DNA from: Podarcis pityusensis
Lineage: Eukaryota
Reading direction: 5' to 3' (one strand)
Assembly: GCA_964106645.2 (NCBI GenBank)
Contig: OZ067043.1
Length of the DNA stretch: 64,000 nucleotides
Below are positions 50,003 through 63,690 of this stretch, piece after piece. Under the pieces are notes generated by a model. The model searched no databases, was not told the origin of the DNA, and was given only the letters and a program-made list of their open reading frames with translations. Position 1 is the first letter of the stretch; each line of letters starts with the position of its first letter. The position numbers were made by a program, and so were the translations under genes.

Positions 50003-53000
50003 GTATGTCTAAACAGCTTTGAGTGTGCTTCAATGTGGCCATGAATGCTGCCGTGTGAACACAAAACCTTTTTAGCTACTCTTAGTTGGTTGGCTTTTAA
50101 GCATCAGTCATTGTTTGATTGTACTGTGCCCCGTGGCTTCTTTATTTTCTTTTTATTCTGTGCTCTCGTGGTCCAATTTAACCTTGAACCCTTGATACTG
50201 TGTGTTCTTTCCCTGCCATTGCTGAATGTCTGGTGTTTACAGGAGAGCGTTATGTCTTTAATACCAGACATAGTTGGAAAAGCTATTACCTTAAGAGTTT
50301 AAGGTGAATTTATAAAACTTCCTGAGCTACAAAGCAACTAGTTAAAACTCTGTCTTCTCCCATTGTACAACCATGCTTAGCTTCTGCCCCTCAAGGAAAG
50401 GGCAGCTCCTCGTTTTTCTCCAAGAGGAAGTGATGATCAAAGATACTCCTTTTGCTAAGGAACTTCAGAATCTTCTTGACCTTCCTCAGAAAACCAGTGA
50501 AGCTTTTAATAGGCTTTCTTCTTACCCTTCCAATTTAGAGCTGGGTGCAATCTATGAACAATATGATGGAAATACTGTACCACAACTAGGAAAGATCTTG
50601 TGCTTGCCTAGCAAACATTTATTCTGCCAATTCATGGAGCTATCTACAGCTACTGGCCATGATATCTATATTCGGCCTCCACTGTTGGAGGCAGGATGCA
50701 TCTGAAAACTAGTTTAGGAACACAAGTCAAAAGAGTGCTGCTGCGCTCAGGTCCTGGGTTTAGGACAGGACTAGGTGGGCCATTGGCCTGATCCACCAGG
50801 CTCTTCTCCTGTTCTTCGCTACAGATTAAAAACCATAAAGTCAATCTGGAATTTTCCATCAAAGAAATATTAAAGCATCTCAACAGCAAATTCAATGTTT
50901 TGTAAAGGTCGTATCCACACAATACAATTAATGCAGATTCAAGGCACATGGATTCCTCCAAAGAATCCTGGGAACTATAGTTTGTTATGGGTGTTATGTC
51001 TTCCCCCATTGCAGGTAGGAAAACAGATTTCATAGTGACAGGAAGAAGTAGAGGTTAAGGGTTCTATTTTCCCCCTTCCTACCACAATGGTTTAATAGAT
51101 ATGACATCATGGAATCCCCTGTCTGTGACTATCTAGCAAACATGCTGCACATCCTCCCACACACCTTAGGGCTGCAGTCCTATATGAACTTACCTCAAAG
51201 TAAATGCCATTGTACTTGAGATGATTTACTTCTGGGGAGATATGAATAGGATTGCATAGTAAGTAACTCAGCTTTAAATGTGAGTGTGGGTGATGAATTA
51301 GCAGGAAAAAATGCAGGAGTAATTGTTTCAGGACAACCTTGGGTTGCAAGATATGCAAGTGTGAAAGAGAGTCTTTGCATTGTCTACTGTGCATGCAGCT
51401 CTCTGAGAGCCACTGGGGGCAAGAGAGGTCATTTGGTAGCCCTTAGGCAGAGAACTTTTCATAAATCCAGTTAAGGAGAAAAGGATACCTAGAATGATCT
51501 AGGCATGCATGCATACATGTACCATTTCTTTCCCAGGACTCAATCCCTACCTAACTTAAAAACCTACATGATGTAGTTCTGGTTTGGAGGAGTTTCAGTG
51601 AGTGCATTCTTCTTAAGATAGGTACTCAAACAAGTTGCTGAAAGTGGGAGAGCTTTCTCTGTGTGCGCTCTCACTAGAGCTGGTCTGTATATGGAAGATT
51701 ATTTCCAAGTGTGGACAGCTGTCTTTAATATTCTGCATATTTTAGGCAGATGCAAGGCCCGCTCAGAATAATGAGTCCCAATACTGGGCAAGTATGAAGA
51801 TTCATGCAACTTGTTTTCTTAACTCTTTAGTAGAGCTCAAACAGGAAGCTGATCAGATTCAATTAATAACTCATAAGAAAGGTTTTAATTATCACCAAAA
51901 CTACAACTTGATTAGACTTTAGTCTAATCAAGCTAAGAGATTCAAGATTAGCAAACTACCGGTAAATGAATTTTAATTGAATTTATTCTTGCTGTGAAAT
52001 GCCATCGATGTAGAAAACATTGAAACCTACCTAGGTCTGATGCTGAAATGGAAGATTACTTTTAGCGTAGCTGCAATTGCAGCAATACAATGAAACCATA
52101 TTTGTTTTAACTATAGTGATTTCTATCTGTGAATATATATATCTTCATATATATATATCTGCTTTACAAGGTGTTGTAAAGGTTTCATTTTTTAACATCT
52201 AAATGTAAAACTCTAATGTTGTTCCTGTAGTAAGAGGTCCTCTTTTAGTTGATCACTGAGGTGACAGATGGGTTCTTACAAAACTTCCATCTGTTTCACT
52301 GAAGTTTCATCGGACACAAATCTGGTAGCTCTATGAGACCTGGGTCACACATGCTGCCATAATTTGTTTTTCAGTAATCTGGGATTAATATTTGTGTAGT
52401 GCATGTTTTGCATAATTGGGGTTTTATGTTGTTTTAATGAGGAGGGGAAATAGTGGTTTGAGTGCACAGAACTTGGTACTTGGCACTATGGAGTTTTACA
52501 TGCACCAATAAATACAAAATATTTTAAACGACCAAGGCTTTTCCAAGAATTTACCTTAAGCAAGGAAGCATTTAGGGCATGCTTAGCAAATGCAGCATCA
52601 TTACATAATCATCTAGCCTTATATTTTTAAAACTCCATCAATCATCTTCTGATAGCTGTGTGTTTTGTGTGCGTGTTCCATTGACTGCATGAAGCATGTA
52701 ATGCAGTCAGTGCTTACGATCAACACTGTAATGCTGATATGATAAAACCAACCCATACACAACTTGGATGTAAAATATCTTGTTTCACTTTTAAAGGACT
52801 GACTGACTTAGGAATTGGTGGTCTGTTGAATGTGGAATATATTCCCCTTCCTTTTTCTATTTGGAATACGGCTTTGCCTTTTACCATTCACAAATACCTG
52901 CCATTTTAACCTTGGGAGGAAGGAGGGACAGGTACAAAATGTCACACACCAGAATGGCTCAATAAAGAGGGGAGGGGGTTTGCTACCTTTAGCAGCATGA

Positions 53001-54162
53001 GAGCCACTGCAGCATAGCTCCTTCCTGCGTCACTCAGTAACATCTGTCATATGTTCACAGTATGTACAAGGAGCCCGTGCTGTGAGTCCTTCCCATGCTA
53101 CTATTATTCCAACTTCCAGGAAGAATAATGCTAGAATGGGAAGAAGACACAGCAGGAATTCCTCCTGTGACAGCAGACTTTTGATGTTTCCAAGCAGGTG
53201 CAAAGGAGCAGCACTGTTGTAGCTTAGATGCCACTGAAGGTAACCTGGACTCTAATTCAGTCATTTTCTATTGTTATCTCCTACTCTTAAGTTTAGAAAA
53301 CGTTTATCCTATTTTGGCATAGGAAATTATATAAGTTGCTATGGAATTGCTGAACTGTGTTTTGATACGTATCAATAACTATTAAACTGCCATAATCTTC
53401 CCTTTTGTAGTTTAACCTCCTTTTTTGTTCAATAGTCATCAGTGAGATGAGAGAGATTATTTTTCAATTTCTAAATATCTGCATTTTATTCCAAGTCGTT
53501 GTAACATCAGTCTTTTCACCATTCTAGTGTTCTTAGCTATTCTCTTATTTGCTAGCATCTTACAGTTACAATCACATGAAAATAATTGTGCCAGGCTTGC
53601 TCTCTGTACACCATTGTTCCCTAAGAATAAATGGGTGTTCCATTGTTACATCATTGCGTTCTGTTGCAGCACCACTTACGTTTGCATAACAAGAACACAT
53701 TATGCTTTTATTGCAAGAGCATAATATGGAATGGGTAAGTTTCAGGAATACCCCCCAAAAACTTCAATATTTTGGTATTTTTAGACATCACTTTTTCATC
53801 TAAAGTGGGTTCACTTCAAGTGCTGCTTCCTCATTTAAGTTAAAGAAGTTTATGTAGGAGCAGTGTGTTAACTGTAGTCACAATATCGTCATTGCCAAGA
53901 GCATGTGAAACTTCCATTGGCATAAAAGCAGGAAAATAAGCTTTTCTGTTTTTATTGTGACTTAGCAACTTTCTGATCTTATCCAATTCCCATCTACACA
54001 TATGAATTGTCTTGTTATGCAACAGCTGCCAGCCTAAGTCAAAAACTGTTTGGGCAACTGTTTGCTTGATGGTCTGCTATGTGTTGGGGTTTTTGATAAA
54101 GGTGGGTAAGAACTGCAGTAAGGACAGCTCAACACCTTGTTTATAGTGTACGTTTATTTCAG

Positions 54163-54287
54163 GTTCATCATCTCCTGCTCGACCTGCAACCCCGTTGGCA
54201 TCCTGCAGCAGCCCTACTCCCCCTCCTCCTCCACCTAGACCCCCATCTCGTCCAAAATTGCCTCCAGGGAAGCCTGGAGTTGATGTG
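54163..54287 (+). CDS. SGIP1: SGIP1 exon 16 (125 nt): (G)[41 protein letters not shown]
   Basis: tttatttcag|GTTCATCA...GATGTG|gtaggt; matches [10 protein letters not shown]...[14 protein letters not shown]. Confidence 0.96.
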
Positions 54288-55353
54288 GTAGGTTTAGCTT
54301 CTTCAAAATTACTAATTAAATTGAGACAACATAACTTCAGCTCACCGTGGTACAGACAAATAGAGAATTCTTAATAAACAAATGGCTTCTGCCATGTCCC
54401 TAACTAGTGTCTGATTTCCTTCATTATTTGAAACCATACAGAGAATAATCTCTGTTGATGACGGTAAATAGGCAGATTGTTATGGAAAGTCCGCATTTGA
54501 AATTGCAGGCTAGTTTTGTTGGTCATGCCAGAAACAAGTCAGAATTATTACACCTGTGTAGGAGGTCAAGAAAGGTCAAGAAAGCTGCTATGCCCCAGTT
54601 AAATTGAAATTGTCTGACACTAGTGATGACATGTATCTTTTCACATTTTCTGAAACACTTGAACTTGTACATATATAAGCACACCAAAGGGATGCTTCAA
54701 TTTTTACTATTCTGACATGAAAAGCACTGTTTTGTCAGAAAAAGTGTACATATTTGTTCCTGTCATGTGACAGATGTGCATATACTTTCCACTATGTATA
54801 AACACAATCTTGGGAAGTCACAGCCAACCATGGATTCCAAGTACACATTCACAAAGTGAAAGAAACTCATTTACCATTACCATCCTTGACCATCCACATG
54901 CTCTTTTCATATCTGTTCCTATGTAGCCATCCCTGCTATATATGAAAAGTAATCCATCATTGTGGATTCCAGTAGTGAAACAACCCAGTGATTTTATTTT
55001 GGACCATTGCTTAATTTTGCACCTGTCAGCTGTTTTTTGTGCACCATAGTTTGCAGTTTCAGATGCATCCCCCAAAAGTTACATTCTGCAGCATGTTTCT
55101 CATCTGCACTACAAATATAGATCACGTGCATTAGAGAACTCAGTAAAACCTTTGGCTACACAATTGGGCTAGTAATCAATAAATAGCAGCTGAGAAATCA
55201 ATGGATCTGTAAATCCACTCAGTGTAAAAGGACTAATTCTGGGTGTTCTAGGGGCCTTAGAAGATAGTGTGTGCAGTTATGAGTATTCTTGCTTGAGTTC
55301 ATGTTCAGAAATGCACTGTGTGTATCTTTAATCTTGTTTGTGTTTGTCTACAG

Positions 55354-55480
55354 TCCAGACCTTTTAGCCCTCCGGTTCACTCTTCCAGCCCTCCTCCGAT
55401 AGCACCTTTAGCACGTGCTGAAAGCACCTCTTCCATATCGTCCACCAATTCCTTGAGTGCAGCTACTACTCCAACAATTG
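55354..55480 (+). CDS. SGIP1: SGIP1 exon 17 (127 nt): [42 protein letters not shown]
   Basis: gtctacag|TCCAGA...ACAATTG|gtaacg; ORF 55318..55506; near identity to the recalled sequence. Confidence 0.97.
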
Positions 55481-58400
55481 GTAACGAAAAGCTTTTCTTT
55501 GTTTGAAGAATAGGTTCCATGAGTGGAATGGCTTGAATATTTTAATTTCTGAAACCCTTTATTTGGTTTATATTTTCCTTTGTTTTCATTGTCATGGTCA
55601 TGTTATGTTAAAGCACTTTTTAATGTAAACGAGAATTGCACTCTTGATTAACTGTAGACTGCTGTAACTGCAATGTATATTTGTGTATAAAATAGCAGGG
55701 ACCTGAAGGGATGCATAGGCTCCCTTTATTCCCTAAACTGTGCCTTCCCCCAATAATTTCCTAAATTCCGCTAAGATCACGAAGCTGTTTTCATTGGGTA
55801 TCGGAGACTTTCCAAGGGGAGATCAGGAAAGTGGAAAGAATGGAGCTCATCTGCTGGCAGGTTTTCTATGCTGAAAAGTTATTCTACCTACAAACCAAAC
55901 TGCTTTTTGAATTGGAGGAGGGAAATTCTAAACAGTATTTTAGTTTAGTAGTATTCAATGCAGCAACAGTTTAGTATTCAATGCAGCATTTCCTGGAAGT
56001 CTCTTAGAAGCCATTGGAGATGTGGAACAGTCATGTTTCCCTTTGAATTCTGACCACTATAGATAGAAAATGTTTTACAGTACTGTGTCACTCCTGTGGC
56101 TGCAAAGCAGGACGAATAGTCTCACAATTGGGCAATAATATAAATCATTGTTAGATTAGTTAGCTGTAGCAAAACTAGATAAATGCAATAAAAATGAATA
56201 ATGTTTAACACAAAGTTAATCTTAGTAAGGAGAAATAGGAAAGGATAGCAGGAGCAGAAAGTATACTCTAGAACCAGATATTATTAAAAAGCAATGTTAC
56301 AAACCAATTGTATTTGCTTCTTGGATTGCAGAAACGGTACACATGAAAAATTTCAAAAAGTTCTAAACTTTTTCAAATCCAGTTTCTTAGAAATTTGAAA
56401 ATATGGAAAGTTGTACTGAAAACATGTTTTTTTCTTCTTAAGCTGAGGTTAGATTACACTTGTCAAAAGTGATAAATGTTTTGTGGCTGGCAATGCCTGG
56501 ATGTTGATGCTTTTCATTTTTTGCTTCATTCTCTGGTCTTCCTTTCTGCTCCCTGCTCCACTTCCTTCTCAGACAAACATATATTTGAATTCTCTTTGTC
56601 ATTCTTTATTTCATTTACAATACTCTTCATCTTCTTTACACCTTAAAACCACCTTCTTCTCTCTGATATAGTTCTTTTGTGCTGCAGACTCCTGGTTTTC
56701 CTTTTTGACCTGCGTCTCTTTTCATCAACACTTCTGCTCTTCTACAGACCATCTCTGTCACCTTCAGTTCTCACTGTATGCCAGGTTGTTTTCTTTTATT
56801 GGTTTTCCCTTCTTTTACATCCCTTTGGACCCGTTCTGCTATTAGTCTAAACTTTCTTTCTGTAGTGTTCCTGCTGTGTGCCTCTTAACCTCAATTTTTT
56901 TATCAAGCATTTTCTAATCTGTGTAGACGAGAACGGGCACTTGATCTGCTGTTCAAATTGTCTTTCTGACTATTCTGAATGAACTCAGAATGGCAACAAA
57001 TTGGATATTCCAAGAAAGGGGAAAAAATCAAAAATCTGAATGAGCTGAAATGGATATGTTTTGTCTTCATTTGAGTAATAGACATTGAGCATACTACTGA
57101 CTTCCCATACTAGTGGTGTTTAGTCTTCACTCAGTCATAGTAATTCATAGATACTTGTTTTGCTTATTAGAAAATGAAGATGCTGTCAACTGGGGCATAT
57201 ATTCAAGCCTCCAGTGATAATTTGTTAAATGCTGAACCTGGTTTGAAGTGCTTTCAGCTTTAGTTTGTCTTTTTGAAAAACCCGTTCACTCTTGTTTCTT
57301 TCTGCCTATTGTGTGTGAAATGGAAGTGTGTGGGGAAGAGTGCTTAATGCAATTTTCAGACTTCATGTTTCCCTTTTTGTACCTATGTCCTTTGGTCAAT
57401 GCAATGACCAGGGTGATATAAATGCATATCAGTCAAAGTACTGAATAGCATTTCAAATACTTAACTAACAATATCGTATTATCAACTAAGAGGCTGTGTC
57501 ATCAGTGGCTCAACTCCTTGTATGTGAAGTATTATGTTCCATGGGGTGGTGTAAATTGTCTGAAACTGATGTCGATCAGTAGTTTTTATGACACACTGTT
57601 GTGTGTTCTTATCAGTAACTGTGTTTCAGAACATAAGGTTCCAATGGAATCAAGCCCAACTGATTTGTGAAAAGGGCTACTTTTAAGTTGAAACGTTAGC
57701 CTAGGTTTTGTGCAGGTAAAATAGGTGATGGGGAGGAAAACACAATTTTCTGTTGAAATAATAATTTTCCCCCTATATAAGCATGAACATGATGACTCTG
57801 TCACTATGGACATTTTCATTAATGGATGTAAAGTTCCTCTAGATAAATTTTGTTGCTTTTAAAAGAAATAACCAATGATCCATAGAGACCATTGCTGGTT
57901 TCTGTTTGGTTTTAGGATAACAATTGTGAAAGTCAAGGTGAATTAGAGTCAGGATTATTCTGTTGTTATTCAACATGATTCCACAAATCTAGATAGCCTT
58001 CAAATTGATATTCATAGATGTGGTAACTACAAAAAATGTCAAACCATTTATTTATTTTAAAACATAATATTTATATTATGCCTATTGTAAAGTTACATGT
58101 CTTTTCTAAAGCTACCAGTACATCCAACTTGTAAATACAATATTGGAAAAATCGGATGGCAGTTCAAATATAAACAACCATTAAAATATCCATCAAATCA
58201 GTATCAAACAAGGGTTGCCTGAAAAGAAAGGCTTTATATAATCTTTCTAAAAGCCTGTGCTTATGAGCTCCAGCAGATACTCTTTAAGGTTTTTTTTTCA
58301 GTGGATGGAAGTAACCAGTTACTCAATAGCCAAGGACACTCTTTCAAACACAACCTTTTAAAAGTGCTATAGATTACCCCAAAGCCTAATATTTAACCTA

Positions 58401-58914
58401 AACTTTAGAAGCAATGTGAATGTGCAGTTGTGATAGGGTAGTACATAATCCAAGTTTTAGGTGGCAGCACACTTAAAACATTACAAGCTTTGAAGGCCAC
58501 ATGCTTTTGACTAACCATTCAAGAACACGAGTAGGCCTTTGATTCATAGTCTTGACATGAACATGATTCATTCGCCATATATGATTTTTAGAGAAATTGC
58601 TCTTACGTTGAAGTTGATTGAGTAATCAGGCATTTTATTAAAATTATCTAAGTGGCCTTTTTTACAGATGGCCTTGGAGATTTCACCACCCTTGTTGGGG
58701 TGTATTAAAGAGAAGCTTTAATACAAAACGATTGAGAAAACAGCTGAAATAGCTAATAAGGAGTTTCTGGTTTGTATTTGTACATCCCAGCTATTTTTAG
58801 TTATTGTGTATTTGTTCATAGTGACTAGCCTGAGCATTCTTTATGCTGGCAATATGAAGGTCTTGTCATGAGCACTATAGTTGGACTTCCCACTGACTGG
58901 CCTGATTTGCTTGT

Positions 58915-59275
58915 CACGCTAAGCTAAACCAAGGCTTAGTGTGAGTACATGGGTTCCCAGAGAGGAGCTTGCAGCTGCTTTGCTGTTCCTGAGTTCTTCT
59001 TGCTGCCACGTAACCCTGATTAGCACATTGCTCAAACCTAGGCATCATGGTTATGGTCCCTAGACTAACCACATCTAACCCTTGGTTACAGCTCATAGCT
59101 AGTCTGGAGACAGTCTGGTCTTAAGTCCGGGTGCAGAAGACATGCTAAGCTTAAACTTGGTTTAGCTCAGCATGGCACATTAGCAAAAAAGACCAGGGAG
59201 CAGCAAAGCAGCTGCAAGCTCCTTTCTGGGAGCTCACACAGTCATGCTAAGCCATGGTTTGGTTTAATGCTATGT
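58915..59275. mobile_element. Large palindromic MITE-like element with about 80-bp inverted arms
   Basis: 58926-59003 (AAACCAAGGCTTAG...GGAGCTTGCAGCTGCTTTGCTG...) is the approximate reverse complement of 59182-59260. Confidence 0.75.
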
Positions 59276-60423
59276 GCAAGCCTGTTCACTTTCACAGCTT
59301 ATAAAAAGAGGCTGCTTGGTTTATGCATCCTTTTTTAAAAAAAATCTGAAATTAGGATTCGCTTCTAGAGATAGCCAAGGAAATAGTCACACTCTTAGAC
59401 AAGATGAACTATTTCTGGAGTGTTTTCTTGAATGTGTTAAACACAGGCACAATTTTACATTAATATTAGATCAACTTGTTTTGTCCTTTGATATTGTTGG
59501 GTGTCTGTGTCTCTGTGGGGAGAATTGTATTCACTGTAGTAAAATAAAAGGAAATCTTTGTTAAATGCTCAAATTCTGTGTTCTCCTCAATGCTCTCCCT
59601 GAGTAGGGACGGAGGGAAGGACCGTATTCCCCACAGGTACCTTAATTTTTAAAATCTCCCTTTAGTTTTCCATATTGTGAGAATATATAGGTAGCTTCCA
59701 GAATTTATTGGCTTCTGGAACAAAATAATGAGAATTTTTTCATCTACTCCTTGAAAATAGGAATGCATGTTTATTGGCAACAGAGAAAGCTCCACCTGTC
59801 CCAAATAGGCAAGTGGTATTGTCAGATCATGTGTTGGATGAGACTGGATTGTGCCAATCTGCTCTTGTGGCCCATAACAACTAATGCAGTAAATTATGCT
59901 TAATATGCTGAATGGCTTGGCATGTAAAAAGCTTCCAGCTCAAGGCAAAAGCATGGCAGGCGTTTACCATGGAGAGGGAACAGCAATTCCTGTGGGACAT
60001 GCAGAGCTCAGGTGCTAATGCAATTTCAGACCGATTAAGCCAGGGCTAGTTTGAGTCCTTGGTTTGTATCCTAAACCATAGGATTCAAAAAATTGTGCTA
60101 AAGATCTGGCCTTTGTATTTTTCCCTGTTTCAGAGAACAATGATTAATGGGTTACAGGGATACTATTAGGCTTGAACAGGTTAGCAGAGTAAAAAAAAAT
60201 GGGAGGCCATTAGCAAGAAGCAATGGGTCCCAGTTATAGCAAACTCAGTTTGAGTTCAGCATTGGGAAATACCTCTTGATTGTAGGAATGATTGGACAGT
60301 GGAACACGATTGGTTTTTTAAGAGGATTTTAGCAAGAGTAAATGACCCTTTGCCAGGTATGCTTAGAGTGTAGGGAACTTTTCCTTGTTGCAGTAGCCCC
60401 TTTTAAATTCTATGGATCTAAGA

Positions 60424-60560
60424 CAAGAGTAGTCAACATGGTGCCCTCCAGATGTTGCTGGACTCCAGCTCCCATCAGCCCTAGCCAGCATGGTCAACAG
60501 TCAGAAATGGTGGAAGTTGTAGTCCAGCAACATCCAGAGAACACAGGTCCTCCATCCCTG
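60424..60560. mobile_element. Degenerate palindromic hAT-type MITE
   Basis: GATGTTGCTGGACT...AGTCCAGCAACATC arms; same family as 26344-26479. Confidence 0.75.
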
Positions 60561-61086
60561 GGCTACAGTCACACTTCAGCAGGTAGAGTTTCTTCAGCAC
60601 TCCTAAACTGACTACCCCTGATTTAAGACATGGAAGGGTTTGGATACTCATTATAAAATTCTTCATGAAGAGTAAGATTATGATAAGCCTTATTGAGTTC
60701 AATATGACTTACTCCCAGTAAGTGTCCCTACAATTATGGCCTAAGTAGCTCATAAGAAGCACAATTTCTGAGCCTTTGTGACTTCCCTGTGTGCAACTCT
60801 TCCAGTCTCTAAAGGTTATCCCATATATGGAGAGTTTGTCTGAGGAAATATGACACAAAATTATTTCATTTACTGTTTGTCTTTTTTGTATTTGTTTTTG
60901 GGTTCTTGTGGTGGTTGTTGCATATGATTTTGATAATAAAAAGAGATGTGTCCACCATTTCTATGTCTATGATCTTTTTTTCATTGTAATGTTTGTGGTT
61001 TAGTTGATAAACAGCTACTTGATTTTCATTTGGAATTTGTGTTTTCATTGTTTTTCTTTTACATTTCTTTTGCTCATGGGTTTCAG

Positions 61087-61146
61087 AAGATGATGCTTAT
61101 GTTGACAAACTGCTCACGTTTGAAAGGCATTGTGAAACTCCTGCAG
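61087..61146 (+). CDS. SGIP1: SGIP1 alternative 60-nt exon: (E)DDAYVDKLLTFERHCETPA
   Basis: Long U-rich tract then tttcag|AAGATGAT...CCTGCAG|gtactg; symmetric phase 1; resembles a recalled alternative SGIP1 segment EDDVFYDKLPSFERRCETPA. Confidence 0.8.
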
Positions 61147-62351
61147 GTACTGTACTAGCAGAGTGGTTTCAAGAAATCTGGATTTAAAATCCTAGCCATT
61201 GTCATCTGAATGCTTCCTTCACTGCCACCCTCACCACCATGAGTGTCAAGTGCATACAAATATATACTTATATGTAAAAGAGAGGAACTCATGCCAAACT
61301 CAGAAATGCAGCATATAGCATGCCAGTTTCCCAATGGCAAGAGTTTTGGAGAGGTGATAATTTTTTGACTTGTGGTTCTTTTTTATGTAAGGGATAATGC
61401 TACTACTCAAGAGCAGGTCTTTCCCATATGTATATTCTGTCTACCCAGCTCGACCTTTATTTTACAAGACTAGGCTTCCAAGGAAGCTTACAAGGCCACA
61501 TGTTCTTAGCTTCAGCAGTAGTATTTCCTTAGGTGTTTTTAGTTTGTTTTACATGTACCCTGGACTCTTTAAACTATTGTGAGTCAAAGTAACTGGTAAT
61601 TTTTGACTAGGAGAGAGAGAAGGGTAGCTTTAAATATTAATTTATTGGTTCAGTTTGGAATTTTATCAAATAATATGGTTCAATAAAATCATGCACTTAA
61701 CCAACATTCCAGAAATCCTGCCCAGTAGTTAGTTAAACCAAATTTAGCACCTTTAGGGGAAACTGTCAAACCAGAGATAAATGCCGCCTTTGGAAGCCCA
61801 CCCATACGGGAGATCCATGCAACATACTTTCAGAATTATAATGCATGCTTATCTCAAGAGCATGTGAGTGCCAGAATCATTGCCATGTTTTCCCCTTACC
61901 AGCCTTTTTCTTCAAGACAGGTTCATGTAATAAAGTTTAGTGCTACATTTTCAGATGTTGTTTTCATACCCAGAGGCATCTTCCAACATTACAGCAGCAT
62001 CTTTAAAATGGAGACAAGGCCTTGTGTGACAAATTCCGCCCAAAGCTAGTACAGCAAAAAAACAAACATACTAATAGTCTGTTGCAGCAACAGAACACTT
62101 CTCACACCCTCCACGCACAAACACGTAGGCAGCAATCCAGTGGGCAAAAATTATCTCCATTTAGGATTCCATAGCTTGCCATTTTTTTACTTTTTTTTTT
62201 TGCTTTCTGTTTCCCAAAATAAAACAAGAAAATTGTTTTAAACTCCCTTCTACTCCCCCTTGCACGTTAACAGCTCACAGCGCCTCTTCCTCCCCTGTAG
62301 TGAGATTAATAACCTGCTTTTGTGACTTACACTTATGTCCTTCTCTCTCCC

Positions 62352-62483
62352 NNNNNNNNNNNNNNNNNNNNNNNNNNNNNNNNNNNNNNNNNNNNNNNNN
62401 NNNNNNNNNNNNNNNNNNNNNNNNNNNNNNNNNNNNNNNNNNNNNNNNNNNNNNNNNNNNNNNNNNNNNNNNNNNNNNNNNNN
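62352..62483. other. Assembly gap (132 N)
   Basis: N run directly after a pyrimidine tract. Confidence 0.99.
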
Positions 62484-63559
62484 GAACTTTAAGCCCCCAT
62501 TTTGCTCTTATTATTTAATAGAAGCCCTTTGGTTTCCTACAAACAAACAAACAAACCCATTCTACCTTTCTGTATGGTAATGCTATGGCTACTTAGATGA
62601 CATGACGAGTTCAATCAGAATCATTTTAAAATTTGATTTGTACAACTGTGTCCCTTCAATTGTTATAATTTAAAGGGGGAATGGGGAAATAATTGTTGTT
62701 GATTTTTTTGGAAAAAAAAAATCTTCTGGAGTTACTGATTATCAAAGAACTTGACTCTGTCAACCAGGGCTTCTTTGTATACACTTTGCAAGCAGTTTTT
62801 ACACCTCATAGCAGCTACACATTATAAATATAGGTAGAATGTTCTATTATCCTGTTATCCATTTCTAGAGTTTTCCTTGCCATAATATTCTTAACCATGA
62901 CAATCTCCCATACCCTTAATAAATAGAGTATTTCAGAAAAATATGAAAAATACATTCGTATTTAGTGCTTGGATCATGTATCAAGACCGTTTGACGGGGG
63001 GTGGGGTGGATAAAAATAGTATTACAATCTGAATATTGGTCAATTAATAAAAGTCCATTATCCCTTTGGTACTTCAGTGGTGTCATTTTAATGTTTATGT
63101 AACCTTTTTCCAGCTTGGCTATATAGGAGAGTTAAAGCTTTCCTATATTAAATGTTTGATTTCATGAACCTGTTTTATTCTGTGGCAAATATCCCCTGGA
63201 GTAAGAATTGGTTGGCACAACTCAAGTTGTTTTTAGTACACCAAAAAAGTGTTCCAGAGCATTGTTGAACCTCCTGAACCATGTACTGCAGAGAAGTGGC
63301 GCAGAATCAGCACAATCACCTCCCTCTACCTTCCCTTTGCAGAAACTACACTACAGGTTATCAATCCCTTTCCTCACAGAAGGGGCTCTGCCCTGAATGG
63401 AAGGATAGCTTCTTAACCTTTTTCTGTGGAATTGCTCCACATATCTTGTTACCTCTAATTCACCTCTGGGGATAAATTTATAAGAAAAAGAAAGTGTACT
63501 AGAATGACTGAGTTTCATATGAGCATGAAATGTTGTGGTCTGAAATGGAACTTGTAAGT

Positions 63560-63690
63560 CAGTTAGCCAACAAGGTGCCCTACAGATGTTCTGGACTACA
63601 ACTCCCATTATCCCCAGTCATTGGCCATGCTGACTGGGGCTGATAAAGTTATAGTTCAAAATGTTTGAAGGGCACCTGATGAAGATTGAG
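63560..63690. mobile_element. Degenerate palindromic hAT-type MITE
   Basis: GGTGCCCTACAGATGTTCTGGACTACAACTCCCA...GGGCACC. Confidence 0.65.

Noticed and set aside
62274-62304. Possible small exon CTCACAGCGCC...TGTA|gtgaga
   Set aside because: The 26-nt and 19-nt options are not frame-preserving, and there is no homology support.
81-63608. Most six-frame ORFs (e.g. 3703..4197, 34392..34877, 42096..42485)
   Set aside because: No recognisable domains, many start at TTG/GTG, and they lie in introns or TEs of a eukaryotic gene; this is what chance would produce.
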